A stretch of 64,000 nt of DNA from Spirochaetes bacterium GWE1_32_154 (lineage in GTDB: Bacteria; Spirochaetota; GWE2-31-10), in the NCBI GenBank assembly GCA_001829315.1, contig MIAY01000011.1, positions 69,403-133,402 on the forward strand, given 5' to 3'. Under the pieces are notes generated by a model. It ran no database searches. It was not told the origin of the DNA and worked only from the letters and a program-made list of their open reading frames with translations. Positions within the stretch are counted from its first letter, which is position 1. Every line of letters begins with the position of its first letter. The translations under genes and the position numbers were made by a program. Shown piece after piece: positions 9,726 through 18,892 of this stretch.

Positions 9726-9785
9726 TAATATAGTTTTAATGTTGTTCTAATGAATTTTTAATATTGCTCTAATGGTTATTAAATG
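9726..9785. promoter_or_regulatory. Six TAAT(G/A) boxes phased at exactly 11 bp (candidate response-regulator or bending site)
   Basis: TAATA 9726, TAATG 9737, TAATG 9748, TAATA 9759, TAATG 9770, AAATG 9781. 22-bp units 9733-9754 and 9755-9776 are 17/22 identical. Located in the divergent region next to the OmpR-type regulator. Confidence 0.4.
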
Positions 9786-9879
9786 ATATTAGTTGTATTG
9801 TATTATTAAGAAAACCGTATGGTTGATTTGTAATGAAAAAAAAAGTATAGATTTCCTTAATATAGAAGAAATCGGTTGT

Positions 9880-9930
9880 AAACCTCTTGCAAAATGTACC
9901 CCCAAAGAACAATTTTGCAAGAGGTTTTTT
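9880..9930 (+). terminator. Repeat-derived hairpin (copy G) with U-tract, an orphan intrinsic-terminator-like structure
   Basis: AACCTCTTGCAAAAT (9880-9894) pairs with ATTTTGCAAGAGGTT (9911-9925), followed by TTTTT to 9930. No plus-strand CDS lies upstream. Confidence 0.5.
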
Positions 9931-10007
9931 TATGTTTTATGGTTGACATTAAATACAAATTTTCCTACTGTTAAATATATAATTATTTAAAGTGAGGATT
10001 GATGTAT

Positions 10008-10814
10008 ATGAGAAAAATTATTTTGTTTTTATCAATTTTTGTATGTGGATTTGCTCTTAATGCAGAAATACTAACATTATCAGATGGTCAGGTGATTCGT
10101 GGTAAAATTATTAAAATGAATGAAGACAGTCTGACCGTTATAACTGATTTTGGTGAAATGTATATTGATAGAAGTAAAATTAATAAAACATATTTTAATG
10201 AAAATGAATATGAAGAGGATTTAAAAGCTGCAAATGAAAAACCCAGAGTTGAAATACAGGAAAAAATTGTAATACAGGAAAAGATTATAGAAGTAAAAGA
10301 AGAAGGTAGATTGAATTTTTTTAATCTAACGGATAAGCAGTCTGATTTTTATTCAAAGGTTTTTGAAATAAAGTTCGGTATTTTGCCGACTCTTGACAGT
10401 ATTAATTCTCCTGATAAAAAAATGCTTATGAAAAAAGAAATCGGTATGTATAATGCAATTGGAGGGACATTGTTGGGTATTGGTGGTGTTACTTTGGGGT
10501 ATACTGTTGTTTCTTTGCTCAGCGGGTATGTATTTACATTGTTGGCTACGACTGATTCCTTGATTGATGATGATTCTTCGAATTTCAATACGAATTTTAA
10601 TTTAGGTTTAATTCTTTTGGGGTCTTCGGCAATATCACTTGTAGTTGCATTACCTCTTATGATTTCCGGAGGTGTTAATGTTGGTAAAGCTGGTAAAATA
10701 AAAACTATTTATAGAAAACTTACCGGAACTAAGTTTTCATTTTTGGAAAATACTGTTCCTGTTTTTGCTTTGACAAATGAAAAAGTAGTATTTGGGTGGT
10801 CAATAAGTTTGTAA
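10008..10814 (+). CDS. hypothetical secreted/membrane protein
   Basis: ORF 9999..10814. ATG at 10008 lies 9 nt after GAGGA. Signal peptide MRKIILFLSIFVCGFALNA, repetitive EKI(V/I)IQEK segment, C-terminal Gly-rich TM helices. Confidence 0.65.
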   Translation: MRKIILFLSIFVCGFALNAEILTLSDGQVIRGKIIKMNEDSLTVITDFGEMYIDRSKINKTYFNENEYEEDLKAANEKPRVEIQEKIVIQEKIIEVKEEGRLNFFNLTDKQSDFYSKVFEIKFGILPTLDSINSPDKKMLMKKEIGMYNAIGGTLLGIGGVTLGYTVVSLLSGYVFTLLATTDSLIDDDSSNFNTNFNLGLILLGSSAISLVVALPLMISGGVNVGKAGKIKTIYRKLTGTKFSFLENTVPVFALTNEKVVFGWSISL

Positions 10815-10871
10815 TTTCTTTTTTTTTAACTCTTGACTTTACCGATAAAATTGAATAAAAAAGAAGTAATA

Positions 10872-10976
10872 GGAAGAACAGGTCTTGTGCCGGGCTCCGT
10901 CAGGGGCAGCAGTTTATCTTCTGCGGGACTTCCATAAAGAAAAGTGATTTTCTTTTAAAGGGGAGTTCCATAAAGA
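10872..10976 (+). promoter_or_regulatory. Candidate structured leader RNA upstream of the CDF exporter (class unassigned)
   Basis: Locally G+C-rich. GGAAG (10872-76) pairs with CTTCC (10929-33). Internal hairpin GCTCC-GTCA-GGGGC (10894-10907). 16-nt direct repeat GGGA(C/G)TTCCATAAAGA at 10925-40 and 10961-76 flanks an A/T hairpin. A TTGACT -35-like box lies about 40 nt upstream. Confidence 0.3.
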
Positions 10977-11132
10977 TGATTTTGTTTGTTATTATAAAAA
11001 AAGTATTTTTTCTTATTTCATCATTTCTTTTTACAAATTTCTTTTTGTCTTTTTTAAAATTTGATTTTTTTCATACACTATCGATAATTCAAAGAATGCT
11101 TGTTTTTTCTATACCAATTATTCATATATATA

Positions 11133-11290
11133 GAGCTTCTTGCAAAAGCATACTTTTTTTTCTCGAATTTTTGCAAAAAGCTACCCTGGTTGCATGGTCG
11201 GGCAGCTGTATTCAGCGACCAGACTCTAATGCGATTATATCACATGGTGGGGAAGCAAAATCAAGTAATCTTGATTTTTGCAAGAGCCTC
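11133..11290 (+). repeat. Expanded composite copy (D) of the hairpin repeat family
   Basis: Arms at 11133-11147 and 11167-11182, an inserted module at 11183-11226 related to copy B, palindrome ATGCGATTATATCACAT at 11229-11245, and a third arm at 11274-11290. Confidence 0.8.
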
Positions 11291-11411
11291 TATATTATAG
11301 AAATTAATATTCTTATCTGGAACTTTTCTCATAGAACAATATTAACACGACATTGAAAACATCATTTACATTTAATCTGAAAATTAAACAATACACATAT
11401 GGAGAAAAGAT

Positions 11412-12329
11412 ATGGAAAAAAATGATATTATTAATGATGATGTACGGGCAAATCAGGCGAATACCGTTACCTGGGTCGGTTTCTTTACAAACGTAGTTCT
11501 TACAATTTTGAAATTATGTGCAGGGATACTTGGAAAAAGTAACGCTATGATTGCAGATGCGATTCATTCAATATCTGATTTTGCAACTGATATTGTTGTA
11601 ATAGTCAGTTTCAGGATAATAAGAAAACCACCGGATGCTGATCATAATTACGGTCATGGTAAATATGAAACATTAGCCACAACAATTATTGGAGCCGCAT
11701 TATTTACTGTCGGGTTTGGTATATTGTATTCAGGGGCAAAAAATATATATTCTGTACTTTTTCTACAAAAAACATTGGAATCACCAGGTTTAATTGCTTT
11801 TTTTGCTGCTTTAGTATCAATTATTGCAAAAGAAATATTGTATAGATACACAATCGGTGTTGGAAAGAAAATAAAAAGTCAAGCGGTTATTGCAAACGCA
11901 TGGCATCATCGCTCTGATGCTTTTTCATCAATCGGTACATTATTTGGTATCGGTGGAGCAATTTTTCTTGGTGAAAAATGGACAATTTTAGACCCGATAG
12001 CAGCTGTTGTCGTCAGTTTTTTTATATTGAAAGTGGCATATAGTATATCACTCGGGAGTCTTAAAGAGTTACTTGAAGTCTCAATTGATGAAAAAACTAA
12101 AAATGATATTTTTAATTTAATCAAAAAGACCCGGTTTGTAATCGATCCGCATGAGTATAAAACCAGAAAAAATGGCAGTAAAATCATTATTGATATTCAT
12201 ATCAGGGTACCGAATAATTTGAATATTGTTGAGGCCCATGAAGTATGTGATGAAATTGAATGTAAAATTAAAGCCGACTACGGTAATGATATTATTATTA
12301 ATATTCATACAGAGCCTGAAAAAGAATAA
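11412..12329 (+). CDS. cation diffusion facilitator (CDF) family metal efflux transporter
   Basis: 305 aa, six TM plus a cytoplasmic domain. HxxxD metal-site motifs in TM2 and TM5 (HSISDFATD, HHRSDAFSS). RBS GGAGAAAAG lies upstream. Confidence 0.85.
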   Translation: MEKNDIINDDVRANQANTVTWVGFFTNVVLTILKLCAGILGKSNAMIADAIHSISDFATDIVVIVSFRIIRKPPDADHNYGHGKYETLATTIIGAALFTVGFGILYSGAKNIYSVLFLQKTLESPGLIAFFAALVSIIAKEILYRYTIGVGKKIKSQAVIANAWHHRSDAFSSIGTLFGIGGAIFLGEKWTILDPIAAVVVSFFILKVAYSISLGSLKELLEVSIDEKTKNDIFNLIKKTRFVIDPHEYKTRKNGSKIIIDIHIRVPNNLNIVEAHEVCDEIECKIKADYGNDIIINIHTEPEKE

Positions 12330-12640
12330 AATACTGAAAAAATCGTCTTTTAGTATAAAAAATGTAGATGATTTTTCTATAATTATTGATTTTTTTTTAA
12401 CAATAATTGTGCAGGCGGAACATTTTTGTGTAATGTATAGTTGTTAAAAAATGAGTAATTAAATAATTCGGGAAAAATGTGATGGGAAAGAAAATTATAT
12501 TTTTAATAATTGCAACGGTATTATTTATTCAAAAAAAGTGATTTTTCATCAGTAGAAAAGTGATATTTTAGAATTTATATAGAAATTCATTATCCGGATG
12601 TTATTTTTGTAAGAACAGCGTTAGACTTAGTAAAAAAACA

Positions 12641-12695
12641 TTGACAAAAAACCACAATTCTTTTATTTTAGGAAAGTTATTTTTTATTGTATAAT
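12641..12695 (+). promoter_or_regulatory. candidate sigma70-type promoters of the ffh operon
   Basis: TTGACA (12641-46), 17 nt, TATTTT (12664-69). A perfect TATAAT at 12690-95 lies 25 nt before the ffh ATG. Confidence 0.35.
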
Positions 12696-12719
12696 GTGCT
12701 AAAAGCTATGAGGTAGATA

Positions 12720-14042
12720 ATGTTAGATGGTATTACGAAAGCGATAAGTGATTCTTTTAAAGTTTTGACAGGTAATGCAAGAATTACTGAAACAAATATA
12801 GGTAATGCAATTAATGATATTAGAACGGCTTTAATCGAAGCCGATGTTAATATGGTCGTTGTAAAAGACTTTATAAATGAAATAACCGCTAAAGCTATTG
12901 GTGAACAGGTTGTTAGAGCTGTTAATCCGAAAGATCAATTTATTAAAATTGTTAATGACGGCATTGTAGATATTCTTGGTAGCAAATCAGAGGCGTTAAA
13001 ACTTAAACCTAAAGGTACTTTAACAGTTATTTTATTGGCAGGTTTGCAAGGAGCCGGTAAAACGACAACAGCCGGAAAATTAGCGCGGTATATAAAAAAT
13101 TCAGATAATAGAAAAGTTCTTCTTTCTGCATGTGATGTTTATCGTCCGGCAGCTATTGAGCAACTTCAAAGAGTCGGTGAATTAGCCGGTGTTGATGTTT
13201 TTGTCGGTGATAAAAAAGATGCAATTAAAATTTCAAAAGAATCATATAAACACGCAAAGTCAGGTAATTATGATGTTCTGATTATAGATACAGCCGGAAG
13301 ACTTCATGTTGATAAAGACATGATGATGGAAGTAAAAAAAATATCCAAGGATTTACGACCGGATGATATTCTTTTTGTATGTGATTCAATGATGGGTCAG
13401 CATGCCGTTGAAATAGCAAAAGAGTTTAATGATACACTTGAAGTAACTGGTGTTATATTAACCAAGTTTGATTCTGATACTCGTGGTGGTGCTGCATTCT
13501 CAATTAAAAAGGTTATCAATAAGCCTATAAAGTTTATTGGTGTTTCAGAAAAGATAGATGGGCTTGAAGTTTTTTATCCCGAAAGAATTGCATCACGAAT
13601 TCTCGGTATGGGGGACATAGTTTCACTTGTAGAGAAAGCGGAGCAGATTTATACAGAAGAAGAAGCTATAAAACTTGAAAAGAAAATGCGTGAAGCCGAT
13701 TTTACTCTTCAGGACTTTTTAGATCAGCTTGAACAGATGAATAAATTGGGGTCTATGGAAAGTATCATGGAAATGATACCGGGTATGAAAGATAAAATGG
13801 CAAATATCAATATTGATGAAAAAAAAATCAATAGACAGAAAGCAATAATTCAATCAATGACAAAACGTGAACGTAATGATCACAGAATTATTGTCGGAAC
13901 ACGAAAGAGACGAATTGCCATGGGGTCAGGAACTTCAATTCTTGAAGTTGACCAGGTAATTAAAAATTTTCAAAAATCAAAACAGATGATGAAGAAAATG
14001 ACTAAAAGCAAAGGCATGTTTGATGGCTTAAATTTGGGTTGA
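12720..14042 (+). CDS. ffh: signal recognition particle protein Ffh (SRP54)
   Basis: [16 protein letters not shown]-loop, DTAGRL and [10 protein letters not shown] GTPase motifs, Met-rich M domain ([11 protein letters not shown]). Confidence 0.95.
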   Translation: MLDGITKAISDSFKVLTGNARITETNIGNAINDIRTALIEADVNMVVVKDFINEITAKAIGEQVVRAVNPKDQFIKIVNDGIVDILGSKSEALKLKPKGTLTVILLAGLQGAGKTTTAGKLARYIKNSDNRKVLLSACDVYRPAAIEQLQRVGELAGVDVFVGDKKDAIKISKESYKHAKSGNYDVLIIDTAGRLHVDKDMMMEVKKISKDLRPDDILFVCDSMMGQHAVEIAKEFNDTLEVTGVILTKFDSDTRGGAAFSIKKVINKPIKFIGVSEKIDGLEVFYPERIASRILGMGDIVSLVEKAEQIYTEEEAIKLEKKMREADFTLQDFLDQLEQMNKLGSMESIMEMIPGMKDKMANINIDEKKINRQKAIIQSMTKRERNDHRIIVGTRKRRIAMGSGTSILEVDQVIKNFQKSKQMMKKMTKSKGMFDGLNLG

Positions 14043-14092
14043 AACCCGTAAGAATATACATAACAGATACGTTAAAAAAAAAGGAGGCGGCT

Positions 14093-14362
14093 TTGGTTAA
14101 GATCAGATTAAAAAGAATGGGAACTAATAAAAAACCATACTACAGAATTGTTGTTGCGGATGCAAGAAGTCCGAGAGATGGAAGGTTTATTGAGCAAGTG
14201 GGTATTTATCATCCGATTTCTATTGAGGGAAAACAACTTTCTTATGATAGAGAAAAAATTAAGAAATGGGTTTTAGATGGAGCTCAAGCTACAGATGTTG
14301 TTAGAAAACTTCTAAATAAAGAAAACTTCAGATTTGATAGAGATCTGCTTGCAAAAGAATAA
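14093..14362 (+). CDS. rpsP: 30S ribosomal protein S16
   Basis: (M)[36 protein letters not shown] is the S16 N-terminus. TTG start at 14093 lies 5 nt after AGGAGG (14082-87). The listed ORF begins earlier at 14039. Confidence 0.9.
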   Translation: MVKIRLKRMGTNKKPYYRIVVADARSPRDGRFIEQVGIYHPISIEGKQLSYDREKIKKWVLDGAQATDVVRKLLNKENFRFDRDLLAKE

Positions 14363-14391
14363 TTGTTCTGAAATTGATGAGGAGTATGAGA

Positions 14392-14628
14392 ATGAGTGAA
14401 AAAGAATTGGTAGAATTTATTGCCAAATCATTGGTTGATAATGCTGATAAAGTTCAGGTTAATATGGTCGAAAGTGAAAGATCAACTATACTCGAATTAT
14501 CTGTGGATGAGGCTGATATTGGAAAGATAATCGGCAAGCATGGACGAATAGCTAAGGCTATCAGAACCATTCTCAGTGCCGTATCAAATAAAAGTAACAA
14601 ACGAGTTCTTTTGGATATAATCGATTAA
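14392..14628 (+). CDS. KH-domain RNA-binding protein (YlqC family)
   Basis: IGKIIGKHGRIAKAIRTIL contains the GxxG KH motif. Conserved position between rpsP and rimM. ATG 14392 lies 6 nt after GAGGAG. Confidence 0.85.
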   Translation: MSEKELVEFIAKSLVDNADKVQVNMVESERSTILELSVDEADIGKIIGKHGRIAKAIRTILSAVSNKSNKRVLLDIID

Positions 14629-14629
14629 T

Positions 14630-15133
14630 ATGAATTACATAAAAATTGGTTTTATTAAGAAACCTCACGGTATTAAGGGGGAGCTTAAAGTTCTCCCTTT
14701 ATCAGATGGTTTTGAAAGGTTTAAAAAATTAAAGAAGATTCTTATTGAGAAAAATGGCGAGTATGTTTCCATTTCTATCGAATCAGTAAAGTGTATGAAT
14801 GATGAAGTCGTCATGAAATTTCAGGGTGTATCTGATAGAGATTGTGCTGATACATATAGAGATTATTATATCTATGTTGAACGTGAAGAAGCAGCAGAGC
14901 TTGATGAGTGGGAGTTTTACACTCAGGATTTAATAGATCTTCCGGTTTATTATCAGGAACAATTAATTGGCACTGTTGTTGACGTGCAGAATTTTGGTGC
15001 GAATGATAATATTGAAATTAAAATGAATGACGGTAAAACTGTTTATTATCCTTTTCATAGAGATTTTCTTGAGAAAGTTGATGTAAACAATAAAATTATT
15101 CAAATTTCTCAATATGATGGTTTTTTCGATTGA
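14630..15133 (+). CDS. rimM: 16S rRNA processing protein RimM
   Basis: N-terminus IKIGFIKKPHGIKGELKV is typical of RimM. Conserved position before trmD. Confidence 0.9.
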   Translation: MNYIKIGFIKKPHGIKGELKVLPLSDGFERFKKLKKILIEKNGEYVSISIESVKCMNDEVVMKFQGVSDRDCADTYRDYYIYVEREEAAELDEWEFYTQDLIDLPVYYQEQLIGTVVDVQNFGANDNIEIKMNDGKTVYYPFHRDFLEKVDVNNKIIQISQYDGFFD

Positions 15134-15873
15134 TTACATTTTCTGTTTTAACTTTATTTCCAGATTTTATTGAGTCTTTTTTTCAGACGAGTGTTATAAA
15201 AAAAGGGTATGATAAAAAAGCATTTAACTATAAAATAAAGTATATACGCGATAATGCAATAAATAAATATGGTCAGGTTGATGATGCTCCGTATGGCGGT
15301 GGCGCCGGGATGTTGTTGAGACCCGAACCGGTTGTTGAAGCTTTTGAATCTTTACAATTACCTGAAGAGGGGAGAAAGGTTATATTTTTTTCTCCTAAAG
15401 GCAGAAAAATAGATCATGAATATATAATTAACTTGACAAATTACCAAAATATTGTTTTACTCTGTGGGCATTATGAGGGTGTTGATCAAAGGGTTATTGA
15501 TAGTATTGTTGATGATCAGTTGAGTATTGGCGATTTTGTTTTAACCGGTGGTGAGATTCCTGCTATGGCTTTAATTGACGCAGTAGCAAGGCAACTTGAC
15601 GGAGTGATAAAAACACATTCTTTACAGGATGAATCTTTTTCACATGGTTTACTTGAACACAGGCAATATACAAGACCGGTTGTTTACAGAGGTATGACGG
15701 TTCCTGCAGTTTTAACTTCAGGGAATCATAAGGAAATTGAACTATTTAGAACGACAGATTCTATACGGGAAACTATGAAATATCGTAGTGACTTATTAGA
15801 AAATAATAAAGATGAAAATATAAGTAAACTTATTAATATAATTAAACGGGAGTTAAATGATGTCAATAATTAG
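15130..15873 (+). CDS. trmD: tRNA (guanine37-N1)-methyltransferase TrmD
   Basis: VLTLFPDF ... [17 protein letters not shown] ... [13 protein letters not shown] ... [11 protein letters not shown] are TrmD signatures. The TTG start overlaps the rimM stop. Confidence 0.95.
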   Translation: MITFSVLTLFPDFIESFFQTSVIKKGYDKKAFNYKIKYIRDNAINKYGQVDDAPYGGGAGMLLRPEPVVEAFESLQLPEEGRKVIFFSPKGRKIDHEYIINLTNYQNIVLLCGHYEGVDQRVIDSIVDDQLSIGDFVLTGGEIPAMALIDAVARQLDGVIKTHSLQDESFSHGLLEHRQYTRPVVYRGMTVPAVLTSGNHKEIELFRTTDSIRETMKYRSDLLENNKDENISKLINIIKRELNDVNN

Positions 15874-16315
15874 AACGGTTGAACAGGAACATATTAAACA
15901 TTTATCAGAATTTATAATTAAAGGTAAAGATCCTGCAACAACAAAAGTTAATCTCGATGAGGTTAAGGACAATTTTTTATCAAGAGTCGGAAGTTTTGAT
16001 ATTGGAGACCTTGTAAAAGTTGCTGTAAAGATAGTAGAAGGTAAGAGAGAAAGAATACAGTTTTTTGAAGGATATGTTATATCTTTTAGAGGGCACGGTA
16101 TTACCAAAACTTTTAAAGTTAGAAAAATTGCATTCAGTGTTGGTGTAGAAAGAACTTTTCCTATGTATTCACCGAATATTGATTCTATTGAAGTAATTAG
16201 AAAAGGTCGAGTAAGAAGAGCAAAATTATTCTACTTAAGAGAAAGAAGTGGTAAGAAAGCTAACATAGTTGAAAGAATCAATTATAAAAAAGCAAATGCA
16301 AAAGCTAAAAAATAG
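15857..16315 (+). CDS. rplS: 50S ribosomal protein L19 with an N-terminal insertion
   Basis: [30 protein letters not shown] ... [34 protein letters not shown] is the L19 core. 152 aa versus about 115 typical. Confidence 0.9.
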   Translation: MMSIIRTVEQEHIKHLSEFIIKGKDPATTKVNLDEVKDNFLSRVGSFDIGDLVKVAVKIVEGKRERIQFFEGYVISFRGHGITKTFKVRKIAFSVGVERTFPMYSPNIDSIEVIRKGRVRRAKLFYLRERSGKKANIVERINYKKANAKAKK

Positions 16316-16946
16316 TGATTTTCTGAAGAAAATTATAGGAAATACGTTAAGATTTCCTGTAAAGATTATTTCTTCTTCAAAAGATCAAACGATAGTTGAT
16401 ATAAAGGGGCACAGATTGAGTGTCCCTTTTTTTTTATCCGATACAATAAAGTATTCTGCACGATTTAATAAAAATGGTGATGTTGTAATTATAAAAGAAT
16501 TGAGTAAGCCCGAGGCAACATCGTCTGAATCAAAGAATTTAGATGCTGTTTTTAATACAAATCAACAAGAAGAAAATGATTCTTTTTCAATAATTAATTC
16601 TTTGTTTACTCTATTTAAGCAAAATCAGGATTATGATATAACTGAGTTTCTAAAAAAACAAAAATATATTAGAAGTAAAAAAACCGGCAGTCATTTATTT
16701 ATAGTAAATACTCCTGTTTATCAGATGGATTCAAAAGTTCTCATTAATATTTCAAATGATACATTTGTTAAATTAGTTTTTTTATTTTATAATGATGTCA
16801 ATTCTGATTCTGATTTTAAAACTCGAATAATTACTGAGCTTAATCAAATCGTTAATGGAAAAATTGAGGTTTCTTTTGTTAATTCAGAAGAGCAGTTCAG
16901 GAAAAGTGTTATGATTGCAGCAGAGGGTTTAGATTTTTATGCATGA
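16296..16946 (+). CDS. hypothetical protein preceding the FlhB-C-like gene
   Basis: ORF 16269..16946. First ATG at 16296 (MQKLKNSDF...). No recognisable motif. Overlaps the next gene by 8 nt. Confidence 0.6.
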   Translation: MQKLKNSDFLKKIIGNTLRFPVKIISSSKDQTIVDIKGHRLSVPFFLSDTIKYSARFNKNGDVVIIKELSKPEATSSESKNLDAVFNTNQQEENDSFSIINSLFTLFKQNQDYDITEFLKKQKYIRSKKTGSHLFIVNTPVYQMDSKVLINISNDTFVKLVFLFYNDVNSDSDFKTRIITELNQIVNGKIEVSFVNSEEQFRKSVMIAAEGLDFYA

Positions 16947-17223
16947 TAAAAAGAAAGCAACAGCGATTAAATATTGTAAAGGTAATTTATTAATTCCTGT
17001 CATTACTGCTATAGGGGAGGGGAAAATTGCCGATATGATTATTAAAACGGCGATTAATAATGGTGTTGAAGTTGTTAAAGATAATGAATTTTTTAATTAC
17101 GAAAAGCTGCTTTCAAGTGGTAGTGAAATACCTGAAGAGGTATATCAGGTAGTTGCAAAAATATTATCATATCTAATACGAACTAATAGACTGAAACAAG
17201 GTGATTCAAATGGCAAATTATAA
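16939..17223 (+). CDS. FlhB C-terminal-domain-like protein (YlqH/EscU-YscU family small protein)
   Basis: 94 aa. KATAIKY..G..IPVITAIGEGKIADMIIKTAINNGVEVVKDNE ... VYQVVAKILSYL matches the FlhB/YscU C-terminal domain pattern. Same neighbourhood as ylqH in Firmicutes. Confidence 0.7.
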   Translation: MHDKKKATAIKYCKGNLLIPVITAIGEGKIADMIIKTAINNGVEVVKDNEFFNYEKLLSSGSEIPEEVYQVVAKILSYLIRTNRLKQGDSNGKL

Positions 17224-18367
17224 TGAGTTAATAATTAAGCTGAATTCTTTTTTAAGACGTAATGGTGTTGCTGAAATTAATGAAGATCTACATGAAATTA
17301 AAGATATTCTTGAGCATTCATTAGAAAATATATACCGTTTACTGGGAAGCAGAAAAAAAAGAGAAACGCTAACCCGATCGATTATTACAATAACAGAAAA
17401 GTACTATGCTAATATAGTACCGTATACCAATGAAATTATAAAGAAACTAGAAGGTGAAATGCCCGGAGAGGATGATTATCCTGATATTTATAATGAGGCT
17501 TTAGAAAAATATAATGATTTTGTATCCGTGTTTATTGCAACGAAAGAAGTGAGTCCTCATGTGTTAAAAATGATTGCATTAAAACTTATTGTTTTAGCGG
17601 ATAAATTTAAAAATAGCATTATTCGATATATAAGTGTTCATAATCCTGATTATCCGGTTTTGGTGTTGCATGGTATAAATTCAACTTTAATAGCTTTGAT
17701 TGGTGGTATCAATTTAAAGTATGATACTGTTCAACTTGAGAAACTTGCCGTTTCTGCATTACTTCATGATATTGGTATGTTTTTATTGCCAGAAGAATTG
17801 TTAAATAAATCCGGTAAATTAACAGATGATGAGTTTACCTCAATAAAGAATCATACTGCTTTAGCATATAAATTATTGAGTAAATTGAATTTTGATAAGG
17901 ATGTTCTGGATGGAATTGTACAGCATCATGAACAATTTGACGGACGGGGGTATCCTCGAAAATTAAAAGGTTCTGAAATAAATCAATTTGCCCTGATTAT
18001 TTCTATAGCCGATTCATTTGATGCGCAAATTTCAAAACGAACCTATCGTGAAGCAAAATCATCATACAATGCAATGAAAGAAGTTATATCCAATGCCAAT
18101 AATAAATTTGATTCACATATTTTGAAGGCTTTTTTAATGTCATTGTCAATATATCCACCGGGAACTCTTGTTCAATTAAATGATTATTCAATAGGGTTGG
18201 TTGATTCGATTAATAATGATGCATCATTAAGACCGGTTTTAAGAATTATTATTGATAAGGATGGAAATAAAATCAAAGATAGAGTTTTATTGGATTTAAA
18301 AAATCACCAGTCGTTATACATCGCATTGGTTCTTAATAAGGATGATTATAAAAGGAATAATAAATAG
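17210..18367 (+). CDS. HD-GYP domain protein (probable c-di-GMP phosphodiesterase)
   Basis: LLHDIGM (HD) and HHEQFDGRGYP (HHExxDGxGYP) motifs. ATG 17210 is preceded by AAGGTGA. Confidence 0.85.
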   Translation: MANYNELIIKLNSFLRRNGVAEINEDLHEIKDILEHSLENIYRLLGSRKKRETLTRSIITITEKYYANIVPYTNEIIKKLEGEMPGEDDYPDIYNEALEKYNDFVSVFIATKEVSPHVLKMIALKLIVLADKFKNSIIRYISVHNPDYPVLVLHGINSTLIALIGGINLKYDTVQLEKLAVSALLHDIGMFLLPEELLNKSGKLTDDEFTSIKNHTALAYKLLSKLNFDKDVLDGIVQHHEQFDGRGYPRKLKGSEINQFALIISIADSFDAQISKRTYREAKSSYNAMKEVISNANNKFDSHILKAFLMSLSIYPPGTLVQLNDYSIGLVDSINNDASLRPVLRIIIDKDGNKIKDRVLLDLKNHQSLYIALVLNKDDYKRNNK

Positions 18368-18729
18368 TGCTGTCAAATGTGGAAAAGGGAAGACTTGGTG
18401 AAATGATTGCATCGGAAATTCTTGAGTATAAAGGCGTTGATATTGTCGGTAAAAATTATCGAACAAAATTTGGTGAAATAGACCTAATTGGAATTGAAAA
18501 AAAGACGATAATTTTTATTGAGGTTCGACTAAGAACAGGAAACAGTTTTGGAATAGCAGAAGAATCTATTAGTGTAATGAAAGAAAAACGGCTACGATTA
18601 ACCATTGATCATTATTTAATAAATAATAATATTGATAATAATTACCGATTTGATGTTATTACGATAAATACGCAACCGGATTTGAAAATATTTAATGTAA
18701 CTTGGTTTAAAAATCAAGAATTTAATTGA
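18367..18729 (+). CDS. yraN: YraN family (UPF0102) endonuclease-like protein
   Basis: 120 aa. GEMIASEILEYKG ... NYRTKFGEIDLIGIEKKTIIFIEVRLR ... FDVI is the UPF0102 pattern. The GTG start overlaps the previous stop. Confidence 0.8.
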   Translation: MLSNVEKGRLGEMIASEILEYKGVDIVGKNYRTKFGEIDLIGIEKKTIIFIEVRLRTGNSFGIAEESISVMKEKRLRLTIDHYLINNNIDNNYRFDVITINTQPDLKIFNVTWFKNQEFN

Positions 18730-18757
18730 TTAATTTTAATTTAGAGGGTATTATACA

Positions 18758-18892
18758 ATGGTAAAAAAAGCAAGACCGAGAAACCCAAAGCGGATTAGGG
18801 ATTTAAAAATTAAAATCTGTGAAGATTCATATCTTGGGGTGGCAATTTCAAGAATTGCCGTTTTAATTGCAGAGGAGATATTAGGACTTTGA
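18758..18892 (+). CDS. possible small protein (44 aa), not in the ORF track
   Basis: ATG 18758 lies 9 nt after GAGGG. MVKKARPRNPKRIRDLKIKICEDSYLGVAISRIAVLIAEEILGL. Its stop overlaps the TTG start of the next ORF (TTGA). Confidence 0.3.
   Translation: MVKKARPRNPKRIRDLKIKICEDSYLGVAISRIAVLIAEEILGL

Noticed and set aside
9793-9990. ORF 9793..9990 (65 aa)
   Set aside because: It reads through the 15-bp hairpin and T-tract at 9880-9930. No SD. Likely spurious.
10880-10925. SRP (4.5S) RNA, given GTGCCGGG...GTCAGGGGCAGC and the nearby ffh gene
   Set aside because: It lacks the conserved GGAA-tetraloop helix 8 core (..GGUCCGGAAGGAAGCAGCC..) and cannot form the long SRP hairpin. The similarity is limited to short G-rich words.
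10976-11356. Listed ORFs 10976..11356 and 11100..11300 upstream of the CDF gene
   Set aside because: They read straight through repeat copy D (11133-11290) and low-complexity T-rich DNA. There is no SD and the composition is odd (Phe/Ile/Leu runs). Best explained as chance ORFs over a repeat.
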